From the human T2T-CHM13v2.0 reference genome, Homo sapiens, in the NCBI RefSeq assembly GCF_009914755.1, contig NC_060936.1: a stretch of DNA of 64,000 bases; one strand, 5' to 3'. The notes beneath the pieces are model-generated. The model had not been told where the DNA came from. It made no database searches and saw only the letters and a list, made by a program, of their open reading frames with translations. How positions within the stretch are numbered: the first letter of the stretch is position 1; every line of letters starts with the position of its first letter. A program made the translations under genes and the position numbers. Shown one piece after another: positions 1 through 16,593 of the stretch.

Positions 1-47
1 GTCCACACTGCATTTTTCTATTGATGATTTCTGTATTAAGGATGTCA
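1..47 (-). CDS. KLRB1: KLRB1 coding exon 3, stalk (V)TSLIQKSSIEKCSVD, cut by the window edge
   Basis: Acceptor TTCCTTATGTACTAG| ends at 48. Translation continues the CD161 sequence from exon 2. Confidence 0.95.
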
Positions 48-668
48 CTAGTACATAAGGAAAAACAAGAGTATTAAATGCTGAAATGTGTGGTGGAGTG
101 GATATATTATATTTGTTACTTTAGGAAACTAGATAATCTCAACACGCTTGAATATGGACAGAAAATAAAAGTATTAGCGAAGTGGTAAAAAAAAAAAAAA
201 GATCTCACCTACAGGAAGCATACAGAAACAAATAAGAAAAAACAAAACAGGTGGACTCACACAGGCATTAGGTTGCCTGTATCTACTAGGTAAGTCAATC
301 TAAGGGGATTACTTAAGCTCTTAAATTGCCTACAGTCTCACCTGAACTTTATCATCTTCAAAATGAGTCTAATTGTGCCTGTTCCAAGGGAGAGATTGTC
401 TACTGCAATCTGGAATTTTAGTAAGTACATTATAAACCATAAATAACTGGAAATTTTTCTTTTCTTTGTTATCATCAATTGTGATTTTTTTCAAAAGTTC
501 TTGGGCCACATATATAATACCCCGTGATGACTCTCAGGGCAGTTAGGAAGACAAATATGAAAGGCTGGTATCCAAAGTGGATATGGACTGACTGTTAGAA
601 ACATTGTTTCATGACTTTTTATTCATTGATTTTACACTAAGATTGGGGTAGCCAAATTATGTTGAGAT

Positions 669-1636
669 TGTGGGGAAAAGCAAGAGAGATCAGATTGTTA
701 CTGTGTCTGTGTAGAAAGAAGTAGACATAGGAGACTCCTTTTTGTTATGTACTAAGAAAAATTCTTCTGCCTTGAGATTCTGTTAATCTATAACCTTACC
801 CCCAACCCCTTGCTCTCTGAAACATGTGCTGTGTCAACTCAAGAGTTGAATGGATTAAGGGCGGTGCAAGATGTGCTTTGTTAAACAGATGCTTGAAGGC
901 AGCATGCTCCTTAAGAGTCATCACCACTCCCTAATCTGAAGTACCCAGGGACACAAAAACTGCGGAAGGCCGCAGGGACCTCTGCCTAGGAAAGCCAGGT
1001 ATTGTCCAAGGTTTCTCCCCATGTGATAGTCTGAAATATGGCCTCGTGGGAAGGGAAAGACCTGACCGTCCCCCAGCCCGACACCCGTAAAGGTTCTGTG
1101 CTGAGGAGGATTAGTAAAAGAGGAAGGAATGCCTCTTTCAGTTGAGACAAGAGGAAGGCATCTGTCTCCTGCCTGTCCCTGGGCAATGGAATGTCTCGGT
1201 ATAAAACCCGATTGTATGCTCCATCTACTGAGATAGGGAAAAACTGCCTTAGGGCTGGAGGTGGGACCTGCGGGCAGCAATACTGCTTTGTAAAGCATTG
1301 AGATGTTTATGTGTATGCATATCTAAAAGCACAGCACTTAATCCTTTACATTGTCTATGATGCAAAGACCTTTGTTCACGTGTTTGTCTGCTGACCCTCT
1401 CCCCACAATTGTCTTGTGACCCTGACACATCCCCCTCTCGAGAAACACCCACAAATGATCAATAAATACTAAGGGAACTCAGAGGCTGGCGGGATCCTCC
1501 ATATGCTGAACGCTGGTTCCCCGGGTCCCCTTATTTCTTTCTCTATACTTTGTCTCTGTGTCTTTTTCTTTTCCAAATCTCTCGTCCCACCTTACGAGAA
1601 ACACCCACAGGTGTGTAGGGGCAACCCACCCCTACA
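669..1636 (+). mobile_element. HERV-K(HML-2) solo LTR (LTR5, probably LTR5_Hs), antisense in KLRB1 intron 2
   Basis: 968 bp, starts TGTGGGGAAAAGCAAGAGAG and ends CCACCCCTACA. TATAAAA at ~1200, AATAAA at 1461, 5-bp TSD GAGAT (664-668 and 1637-1641). Confidence 0.96.
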
Positions 1637-1704
1637 GAGATGCTCTAAGATACGTAATGGAAGTAGAGTAAGTATTATGAAACAGATGATGGTGCCCCAC
1701 TTAC

Positions 1705-1803
1705 CTGAAACACTCAACCCAGTAACAACCAAGACAAGGAGAATAATCCCAGCACAGCTAAGTTTCAGGGCAAATTGATGCCAAGGTGAACCCTGACAGA
1801 CAT
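1705..1803 (-). CDS. KLRB1: KLRB1 coding exon 2, transmembrane segment (D)[32 protein letters not shown]
   Basis: Lies inside ORF 1592..1957(-). Polypyrimidine acceptor TTTTCAG before 1803, donor G|GTAAGT after 1705. 99 nt, phase 1-1, in frame with exons 1 and 3. Confidence 0.97.
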
Positions 1804-3637
1804 CTGAAAAGTTAAAAAGAAAAACACAAAAACAAACAAACAAACAAACGAAACAAAAAACCTTGGTTAACTCAGTGGAGTACATCTGGCACAAAAATGT
1901 ACTTGGGATAACATAGGGACAATTAGATTCAGCTTGGGGGATGGGGGCAGGGAACAACCTCTATCCATCATTCTAAAAGTAGAGTCCTGCAAGATGGGTT
2001 CTCAGATCCAACAGAGTTTGCTCATTGATAAAATATGAACGCTTATGCATGTGTGTATACAAAGGATTGGTGTAAGAACCAAATGAGATAGATAGAAAGA
2101 TGTTTTGAAAATTGCCAAGTGCTATACAAAAATTAAGTGCATGTCTTAATGTATGAAGTAAGTCAAAGCATTTTGTCCAAGAAGGAAGACCTTCATTTAG
2201 TCAAGATATTTTTTGAGGCTCTCTCTATTTTGTGCCAAGTACCATGTTAGGTGCTGGTGGTATACAGAAATTCTATTCTTGGACATGGAATCCTCTGCTT
2301 TGCTGTTGTCTAGAACAATCATCTCCAAGTTGGGTCTAAGCCAACTTGGGATCCCAAGCCATCAAGGGATAAGGTTTTGTGACTGCATACCTTTTTCAAT
2401 ATTATCACTAGTATAACATAACATGCGCTTATGTCTACAACATCGCATAGTCTAAACCAAGTGTCAGATATCTCTGCTTTTCTCTGTAATCACATCAATT
2501 ACTATATAATGAATCTCCCATGTTCTTCAAAAGTTATGATTATATTGATGAAATGTTATAAATTAATCGCAACTTTATCAATGTATTTTGCTCTGTATCT
2601 TTGAAAACATGAATTAATAGAAAAAAAATAAAGAGAGATTTATAAAAATATTTTGGAGAAACACTGGGATATAGCTTCCAAAATTAAATCAACTCTGATA
2701 AGGAATTATTCTGGTAGTATATTGCTCAGTTACACTGCTAGAAGTTGTGCCTAAATAGCTCCCCTATCTCTGATTTAATTGTAAGTCTCCCTCTGCTCTC
2801 ATTTGGTTTTTAACATATTAGATATATTATAATTATAAATTACTTTATAAATTCTATTATTAGAGCTAGGAGCTTTTATGAATAAAGGCTTTCTAATTTA
2901 TCTGAAGCTATTGATTTATTTGTATTGTCTATTCCTTTTTATTTTTTCTAATATTATTCCATGTAAGTGATTACTTGCTATGAGTTACATGTTAAAAAAT
3001 TTAGCATCAGATATACTATAATATTATCCTTTAGTCTCTTTATATGTTTCAGAACGGCCATGAAGCCATTTCTACTTTTAATGGTACAGTATCCTTGAGG
3101 ATTAAGTTGTGCAGTCCAGTTTGCAGACCTGATAATCTCTCACATTAGGATGCTCACACTGATATAAGTGAATCAGCTCTCTCTAAAACGGCCCTGAGGA
3201 GATAGAATTTAGTAGCGTTAGATGTGATCAAAGATTATGGGAGGAACCATAATACACTGGGGTCAGGGTTGTAACATATGGATTATCGTCTGGTACTATT
3301 TAGGACATGCTGTATCAGTGGAGGGGGGCAGGGAGGAGTAGATACCTAGAGGAGACTCCAAGGCCCCAGGGATATATCTGAATGTGAGGAAACCAAGCTT
3401 GGTAATATTGGCCTAGAACTTCTAATGAGAGCTGGTGTGATACAAGAATGTCTACATGCAGTCAATAAGCCCAAGACAGCACTGGCATGGCTTTCCTTCC
3501 AGTTTTATATATGTACATTATTTCACCTTTCTGTCTCTTCTCTTCCCCACCGTTTTCTTCCTTGAAACTCTAAGTTTGTTTGTCTAGTGGAGAAAGCTCT
3601 GTATAGTCACTATTTTAAGTGTTAACTTAATTCTATT

Positions 3638-3942
3638 TATTTATTTATTTATTTTTGAGACGGAGTTTCACTCTTGTTGCCCAGGCTCATGGTGCAATCT
3701 CAGCTCACCGCAACCTCCGCCTCCCAGGTTCAAGCAATTCTCTTGCCTCAACCTCCCGAGTAGCTGGGATTACAGGCATGCGCCACCACGCCCGGCTAAT
3801 TTTGTATTTTTTTTTTTTTTTTTAGTAGAGACGGGTTTCTCCATGTTGGTCAGGCTGGTCTCGAACTCCCAACCTCAGGTGATCCACCCGCCTCAGCCTC
3901 CCAAAGTGCTGGGATTACATACGTGAGCCACCGCACCCAGCC
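3638..3942 (-). mobile_element. Alu (AluSp/Sq-like)
   Basis: Alu dimer in reverse orientation; TSD TAATTCTATT at 3628-3637 and 3943-3952. Confidence 0.93.
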
Positions 3943-4044
3943 TAATTCTATTACTAACATGAATTTAGTAATTTTCATTACTAAAGGCTAACATTGATTA
4001 AGAACAGTCTTTCCGATCTAGCAAATCTGAATGTGAACATGTTA

Positions 4045-4205
4045 TTTTGGAAAATACGTTCAACCTTCATAACCCACAGATTTCCTCATCTGTGAAATGT
4101 GGAATATTATCTATGTCATAATATTTTGGAGAGGATTATATGAAACAATTCTTCTAAATGCTGGGCACAGTGTCTGGCACATGGTAACTGTTCAATGAAC
4201 AGCAG
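4045..4205 (+). mobile_element. MIR fragment
   Basis: TTTCCTCATCTGTGAAATG core followed by GCACAGTGTCTGGCACATGGTAA. Confidence 0.7.
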
Positions 4206-4593
4206 TTCTTTTTTTCTAAAAGTTGTTTTTTTTTTTTAACTATAGGTAAAAGGCAACTTGGTGACTTTTAAAAATCGTTATTCATTCATGCTAAAATGTA
4301 AGGAGTTGAGTGGAGTGTACTGTGTCTGGGAGGAATGTACTCCTGTACTGTGTTTCTGTGGCACCACGTGACATTAGAATTAATGAAGTTACAATGAATC
4401 ACTACAGGGGTCCGGCGGACGTTAGCTATCTGGAAATACCTACCTATGGCTGTTCTCCATTTGAGTTTAAAAAGTATGTGAAATCATCTCATTTCATTAT
4501 TCTAAACCTTCCAATGGCTTTTCATCAGGCAAATCTGAGTCTGTAGAATGGCTCATATGTCCCTATTTAAGCTGGCGCCCACTTCTGTTGGAT

Positions 4594-4698
4594 GTTATCA
4601 CTCACATCTCTCTGGTTTTGTTGACTGCCTTAGACACAATCACCATGCTACAGAGTGACCACAGCCTCAACAGTTTAGCCAGAGTCCAATAGTGGTTT
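4594..4698 (+). repeat. Copy 1 of a ~105-113 bp dispersed direct repeat
   Basis: Aligns with 5834-5946 with 3 substitutions and two 4-bp indels. Confidence 0.9.
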
Positions 4699-4719
4699 CA
4701 CATTTTGCCCTCACCCCAT

Positions 4720-5752
4720 CTGGCCTCCATACGCTCACTCTCCACGCAGATGCCTCCTACAATACCACAGGCGTGTTTTCATTTCGATGTGTTTGCACTT
4801 GTTGGTCACCTTCCTAGAAGGCTTCTCTCTCAGGGGCTTATGTCTTTGTCCCTCACTTCTGTCAGGTTTTGACTCAATGTCATCTTCTCAGGGAGGCCTT
4901 CCTTGATTATTCTGTTTGATATGCTACCCTCCCCGAAAGTTAAATCCTATATTCAAATCTTTCTCAATAACATTAACACCGTCTCATCTTTTATACTGAC
5001 TTAGTTATTTGTTTATTTTATTGATGGTGTGCCTCCATTTTTTTAATTTTTATTTTTTATTATACTTTAAGTTCTAGGGTACATGGGCACAATGTGCAGG
5101 TTTGTTACATATGTATACATGTGCCATGTTGGTTTGTTGCACCCGTTAACTCGTCATTTACATTAGGTATTTCTCCTAGTGCTATCCCTTCTCCCTACCC
5201 CCACCCCACAACAGGCCCTGGTGTGTGATGTTCCCTGCCCTGTGTCCATGTGTTCTCATTGTTCAATTCCCACTATGAGTGAGAATATGCGGTGTTTGGC
5301 TTTCTGTCCTTGTGATAGTTTGCTCAGAATGATGGTTTCCAGCCTCATCCATGTCCCTACAAAGGACATGAAATCATCCTTTTTTATGGCTGCACAGTAT
5401 TCCATGGTGTATATGTGCCACATTTTCTCAATCCAGTCTATCAATGATGGACATTTGGGTTGGTTCCAAGTCTTTGCTATTGTGAATGCTGCCGCAATAA
5501 ACATACGTGTGCATGTGTCTTTATAGCAGCATGATTTATTATCCTTTGAGTATATACCCAGTAGTGGGATCACTGGGTCAAATGGTATTTCTAGCTCTAG
5601 ATCCTTAAGGAATCGCCATACTGTCTTCCACAAGTGTGCCTCTATTTTACTATAAACTCTATGAAGGAAAATAATTTTCTCTATTTTGTTCACTGCTGTA
5701 TTCACAGCATGCCTGGTGCAGAGTAGGAGCTTATTTTTTAATGAATGAATAA
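4720..5752 (+). mobile_element. L2 3' fragment interrupted by an L1
   Basis: AATGTCATCTTCTCAGGGAGGCCTTCC and GCCTGGTGCAGAGTAGG...ATGAATGAAT are typical L2 3'-end motifs. Confidence 0.65.
5041..5633 (-). mobile_element. 5'-truncated L1PA (3'UTR and ORF2 C-terminus)
   Basis: TTATACTTTAAGTTCTAGGGTACATG 3' end; ORF2 C-terminal peptide in ORF 5256..5828(-); TSD GTGTGCCTC(C/T)ATTT at 5027-5040 and 5634-5647. Confidence 0.93.
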
Positions 5753-5833
5753 ACTCTAGGGGCATTTTTGCAAACACCTTATCCACTTTTCTAACAGACC
5801 AAACCCTTGGCCATTTGGCCATAAGCAAGATCG

Positions 5834-5946
5834 GTTATCACTCACATCTCTCCTTCTGGTTTTGTTGACTGCCTTAGACACAATCACCGTGCTTGCTACA
5901 GAGTGACCACAGCCTCAGCAGTTTAGCCAGAGACCAATAGTGGTTT
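5834..5946 (+). repeat. Copy 2 of the dispersed direct repeat
   Basis: GTTATCACTCACATCTC...CCAATAGTGGTTT, matching 4594-4698. Confidence 0.9.
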
Positions 5947-6856
5947 TACTATCATTCAATATCAGACCAGTGTTCTATAGTCACATATTTTGCTCTGGCT
6001 TTATTCTACTCTTATTTTTTCTTCAGGTTTACTCTCAGAATGACATTTTATAGGATAATTATTACAATCCAAGTAGAAAAAATTTCTGCATCCATTGGTT
6101 TGGGATCATAGCAACATTTGGGAAGAGTCTCACTACCTCTATATTCATTTTCTGACAAAAGCCCACTTTCCACCTTTTGCTAGATATGAATAGAGGAAAA
6201 GAAAGACTTACTCTTTTCTTTAAAAAAAAATGTTACTCAACCAAATCCTCCCTATAGTTATTAGAACCCTCTGATTTCCTCTACTCTTATGTGAAAATTA
6301 TACTGAAACTTAATTGACGGCTCTAAGACTTTCTTCTTGACTTAAAACTTTGAGAATTCAATAGTTTAAAACTTAAACAGTCTTAAAACAGCACAAGTCA
6401 AATGCTTGGCATGACATGGAATGAATATCAGATTGGTAAACAATTGTAATATTATCAATGATAGTAAATTCAGTTAGATATCAGAAAATAATAATGTGTC
6501 ATAATAATTTCATGCTGATTTTCTGCCTCAGTTTCTAGTTTCTTCCCATCCATCCACAGGCCATGCTATCCATCATGTGTTACCTCACATTGGTGTTCCC
6601 CGCTTCTTTCACTCAGAATGCTAACTCTTCAGAGACACAGGAAAGTGCCAGTTTCAACAAATGGTAAGTAGGTTCGTTACTGATATGCTCGAGTATTTTT
6701 GTGGCTTGTCTCTTTCTAAGCTGTGATACTTTTCAAACTAGAAACTATCAGGTAGTAATGATATTCAAATCTTTGATCTTGAATATGATTTTTTTTCCAG
6801 AAAGTGTTCCCCTCTCTTGAGAGAGTGAAGTATGTTACTCATTAAGCCTACACTTT

Positions 6857-6943
6857 ATATATATATATATATAAAATATATAAAATATATGTATAAAAAG
6901 TATATATATATATATAAAATATATAAAATATATGTATAAAAAG

Positions 6944-6972
<29 letters not shown>
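6857..6972. repeat. (TA)n-rich microsatellite at the Alu tail
   Basis: TA runs with a duplicated ~43-bp unit TATATATAAAATATATAAAATATATGTATAAAAAG. Confidence 0.9.
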
Positions 6973-6980
<8 letters not shown>

Positions 6981-7260
6981 TTTTGAGATAGTCTTGCTGT
7001 GTCACCCAGGCTGGAGTACAGTGGCACAATTACAGCTCACTGCAGCCTTGATCTCTTGGGCTCAAGCAATCCTCTCCCCTCAGCCTCCCGAGTAGCTAGG
7101 ACCACAGGCACGTGCCCCACACTTGGCTATTTTTTTGTATTGTTTGTAGAGATGAGGTTTTGCCACATTGCCCAGGCTGGCCTTAAACTCCTGGACTCAA
7201 GCAAATCACCTTAGCCTACCAAAGTGTTGGGATTACAGGCATGAGCCACTGCAACTGGCC
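6973..7260 (-). mobile_element. AluJ-like element
   Basis: Diverged Alu dimer with J-type CTGGGCTCAAGCAATCCTC-like sequence. Confidence 0.9.
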
Positions 7261-7418
7261 TACACGTTGTATTCTGAAAGGAATATTATGGATGAAAATG
7301 CACTGGGACTTAATCATAGTATTGATATTTTGTAGAGGAATTTGGAATAACGTAGGTTGTTATTACAGCAAGTTTGCAATGTGTCTTAAATATTCCTTAG
7401 TTCATACATGTAAAATAT

Positions 7419-7581
7419 TTTTCCTTCCTTCCTTCCATCCTTCCTTCCTTCCTCCTTCTCTTTTTCTTTCTTTCTTTTTCTTTCTTTCCTTTCCTTTCTC
7501 TCTCTTTCTTTTTCTTTCTCTCCTTTCTTTCTTTCTTCTTTTCTTTCTCTTTCTTTCCTTTCTTTCTTTCTTTCTTTCTTC

Positions 7582-7660
<79 letters not shown>

Positions 7661-7691
7661 TTCTTTCTTTCTTTCTTTCTTCCTTCTTTCC
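7419..7691. repeat. (TTCC)n/(TTTC)n polypyrimidine tract in KLRB1 intron 1
   Basis: About 270 bp of almost pure C/T, including a long perfect (TTTC)n run. Confidence 0.95.
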
Positions 7692-8008
7692 ATCCCTGTA
7701 GAGCAGGGGTAACCAATAGGCAGTGTGCCCAGGGTAGCCTAAAGTGTTCAGAGTCTTTTAACCAAGGCTCAGTAAGACAAGTGATGTTTGCTTTTCATGC
7801 TAACTTGATTGAAAAAAATAAATGTATGAGGTTTAAATTTTTTTTCCCAAAGTTGTGATTATCTACAGGCAAGCCATGCAACACCCGTTAAACATTAATA
7901 TAAAACTACTGCTCATCTTTAAAGCAATGATTTAAAGCCATAAATGTAACAGGAAGATCTAATTCTGGAAGACATACAAATGCCGAAAGGAAAATTAAAG
8001 CCACTTAC

Positions 8009-8093
8009 CCCGAGGAAGAGATGAAGGTGAAGAACTTTCTGGGCCTGAGTCTGTGGGTAAGTTTAACTCAGCATATATTGCTTGTTGGTCCAT
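8009..8093 (-). CDS. KLRB1: KLRB1 (CD161/NKR-P1A) coding exon 1, cytoplasmic tail [28 protein letters not shown]
   Basis: Reverse complement from ATG at 8093 translates to the known human CD161 N-terminus, including the AIYAEL motif. 85 nt, phase-1 donor G|GTAAGT at 8008. Confidence 0.97.
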
Positions 8094-8400
8094 GGCAGAC
8101 AGAGGAAGGTGGCATTAAACTTGTGTGTAAGAACAAACTCTCAATTCTGTGAGGCAAAATCAGCAAAAGGAAGCTTTCTGCCTGCAGTACTTTGTTGTCT
8201 CTCTTTTGTCCCCACCCACATACACTTTTTGTTGGTGGTTATCTCCATAAATTACTGAGACAATCCACTGACTGCATGTTCATTATACCTAGCTATGTAA
8301 TATCTACTTTCCTTAATTAACTGGCCTGTTGTTTGAGAAAATTCTGGGAGGCTCATTTGTTCTTGTTTTTCTAACCATCCCTTTTGTGTTCCTCTCTCAG
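8094..8400 (-). promoter_or_regulatory. KLRB1: KLRB1 5'UTR and proximal promoter
   Basis: Unique sequence immediately upstream of the ATG, with an ETS-like AGGAAG near 8168. The TSS cannot be fixed from sequence alone. Confidence 0.6.
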
Positions 8401-8807
8401 GGCCAGGACCAGAGTGAAGCAAATGAGGCATAGCCTGGGGTTCCAATTTAAGGGGCCCCCAACAAAACTCACTAATTAACAGAAATAATATTTAGCACAA
8501 TTTTGTAAAAGTAAAAATTAATGCAAAAAAGTCCATAATGCTATTCAAAGGCTCTAAAATCTTCCTGAAATATCTGTGCTCCAAAGAAAGTTGTGAAATG
8601 TGAAAAATGGAAACATAAATGTGAGAAAGCCCCCTGAATAACACAACAGAAAAAGCAATGTGCTAAAGATCAGTAGCCTACTGTTAGCTTAGCTCTAAAG
8701 GCACTCTTGGATATGATAGCATTTTCACATAAGTAAAAGTATTTGGAAACTGCCAGAATTGTAGGAAGTGGAGTATATGGAATTTTTTATCTCTTTGAAA
8801 GACTTTC

Positions 8808-10552
8808 TTTTTTTTTCAAGGTGATTATAGTATGTGTCTACTTTTTTTTTTTTACCTTTTTTTATTATTATTATACTTTAAGTTCACAATGTACAGGTTT
8901 GTTACATATGTATACATGTGCCATGTTGGTGTGCTGCACCCGTTAACTTGTCATTTACATTAGGTATATCTCCTAATGCTATCCCTCCCCCCTCCCCCCA
9001 CCCCACGACAGGCCCCGGTGTGTGGTGTTCCCCTCCCTGTGTCCAAATATTCTCATTGTTCAATTCCAACCTATGAGTGAGAACATGCGGTGTTTGGTTT
9101 TCTGTCCTTGCAATAGTTTGCTGAGAATGATGGTTTCCAGCTTCATCCATGTCCCTACAAAGGACATGAACTCATCCTTTTTTATGGCTGCATACTATTC
9201 CATGGTGCATATGTGCCATATATTCTTAATCCAGTCTATCATTGATAGACATTTGGGATGGTTCACGAGTCTTTGCTATTGTGAATAGTGCCACAATAAA
9301 CATATGTGTGCATGTGTCTTTATAGCAGCGTGATTTATAATCCTTTGGGTATATACCCAGTAATGGGATGGCTGGGTCAAATTCTAGTTCTAGTCCCTCG
9401 AGGAATCGCCACACTGTCTTCCACAATGGTTGAACTAGTTTAGAGTCCCACCAACAGTGTAAAAGTGTTCCTATTTCTCCACATCCTCTCCAGCACCTGT
9501 TTTTTCCTGACTTTTTAATGACTGTCATTCTAACTGGTGTGAGATGGTATCTCATTGTGGTTTAGATTTGCATTTCTCTGATGGCCAGTGATGATGAGCA
9601 TTTTTTCATGTGTCTGTTGCCTGCATAAATGTTTTCTTTTGAGAAGTGTCTGTTCATATCCTTTGCCCATTTTTTGATGGGGTTGGTTGATTTTTTCTTG
9701 TAAATTTATGTAAGTTCTTTGTAGATTCTGGATATTAGCCGTTTGTCAGATGGGTAGATTGTAAAAATTTTCTCCCATTCTGTAGGTTGTCTGTTCACTC
9801 TGATGGTAGTTTCTTTTGCTGTGCAGAAGCTCTTTAATTTAGTTAGATCCCATTGGTCAATTTTGGCTTTTGTTGCCATTGTTATTGGTGTTTTAGTCAT
9901 GAAGTCCTTCCCATGCCTGTTGCCTGAATGGTATTGCCTAGGTTTTCTTCTAGGGTTTTTATGGTTTTAGATCTAACATTTAAGTTTTTAATCCATCTTG
10001 AATTAATTTTTTATAAGGTGTAAGGAAGGGATCCAGTTTCAGCTTTCTATATATGGCTAGCCAGTTTTCCCAGCACCATTTATTAAATAGGGAATCCTTT
10101 CCCCATTTCTCGTTTTTGTCAGATTTGTCAAAGATCAGATGGTTGTAGATATGTGGTATTATTTCCGGGGGCTCTGTTCTGTTCCATTGGTCTATATCTC
10201 TGTTTTGGTACCAGTACCATGTTGTTTTGGTTGCTGTTGCCTTGGAGTATAGTTTGAAGTCAGGTAGCGTGATGCCTCCAGCTTTGTTCTTTTGACTTAG
10301 GTTTGTCTTGGCAATGTGGGACCTTTTTTGGTTCCATATGAACTTTAAAGTAGTTTTTTCCAATTCTGTGAAGAAAGTCATTGGTAGCTTGATGGGGATG
10401 GCATTGAATCTATAAATTACCTTGGGCAGTATGGCCATATTCACAATACTGATTCTTCCTATCCGTAAGCATAGAATGATCTTCCATTTATTTGTGTCCT
10501 CTTTTATTTCATTGAGCAGTGGTTTGTATTTCTCCTTGAAGAGGTCCTTCAC
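8808..10552 (-). mobile_element. 5'-truncated L1PA with a short 3' transduction
   Basis: ORF2 C-terminal ORFs (9980..10561, 9706..9900, 9226..9555). TSD CTCTTT(G/C)AAAGA(C/T)TTTC at 8791-8807 and 10553-10569. Two T tracts separated by 25 non-L1 bases. Confidence 0.92.
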
Positions 10553-10604
10553 CTCTTTCAAAGATTTTCAGGCATAGAACCTTAGAGCAAGACCTTAGGT
10601 GGAT

Positions 10605-15402
<4,798 letters not shown>

Positions 15403-16593
15403 TGGATGAATAAGTGGTTTTTACTATCACTTTTGCCCACCTTTTCTTCATATCAGGTTAAAAAATGAACAAATAAAATTTACAGACACAACTAATGGCA
15501 TTTTTCCCTTTACTTTTTACCAGAGGTAACATCTAATCTGAAGTTAGTGCAGAGTATTTGCAGGCATGTTCTGTCGGCTTTTATTATAAATATTTATTGC
15601 TAGATGAGACCTATTTCATGTAATTTTTTTCTTTTCATGGCATTCAAAATCCAAGCTCCTTGACCACTTGTTTTAGAATGTTATTTGCTTCAGAGAAACT
15701 CTCTTACTTTTACCACCATCCGGAACACCACAACCATCTTTGCAAAATCAGCAAGAATTTACCACTTCCTTTTTTTCTGAAGACACAGCTTGTATCTTAC
15801 CTTTGTCGTTGCTAGGTTTCTATTATGCATTTGTATTTTATATTTAACATTTTGGTATAACCCTCCCAACAAATAATGTGGAGCGTAACATAGTAGATGT
15901 TTTCTGAACAGTAACTGAATGACTGAATTAGAGTCTCACATGACTCTCATAATAAGGAGATCATGTTACTTTATACTCTGAGAATTTGACTTCCAGCAGC
16001 TGCTTTATCCCCCATCCCTAACCTTTGTATTTGTATTTGATAACACGAAAATGATGGGAGAACTGTGCTATTCTAAAAATAAACACAATTCTTAGATTAC
16101 AAAATTGAGCTTTAACAATATGTATCCCCATCTTAGTGAATGGACTTCAGGCTTATGCTTATAGCTCCACTGATAGCTGACATGCTGATTGATGACAGTT
16201 TATAAAAGTATCTTTCTGTAGAGACTTTTGTGGTAAATATTTCCTGTGCAACTGACCTAATTTTGTTTGCAGTGGAAATTTCTGAACTTTGAACATCAAA
16301 AACTTTCATACAATATCTTTTTTCATCACAATTTTGACAATGTTCTGAATACTAGTATAATGTATTATTGAACAGGTTATAGAAAGTACATTTATTATTG
16401 GAAAGAGTTTGTATTTCAAGTCTTGATCAGTAGGTTCAGTTGGTACTTTAAAATCATATATGTTGCTGTATGATTTTCTTGCATTAGTAACGGTAAATTC
16501 AGTTATAATGCCCAACCACACACACACAAAATTATCTTTTGAGGACAAATATTACCAATCTCCTAGATTAAATGTGGAAAATTTGTTAGGAGG

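Noticed and set aside
7241-7858. 205-aa F/L/S-rich and K/E/R-rich ORFs
   Set aside because: Translations of the (TTTC)n microsatellite.
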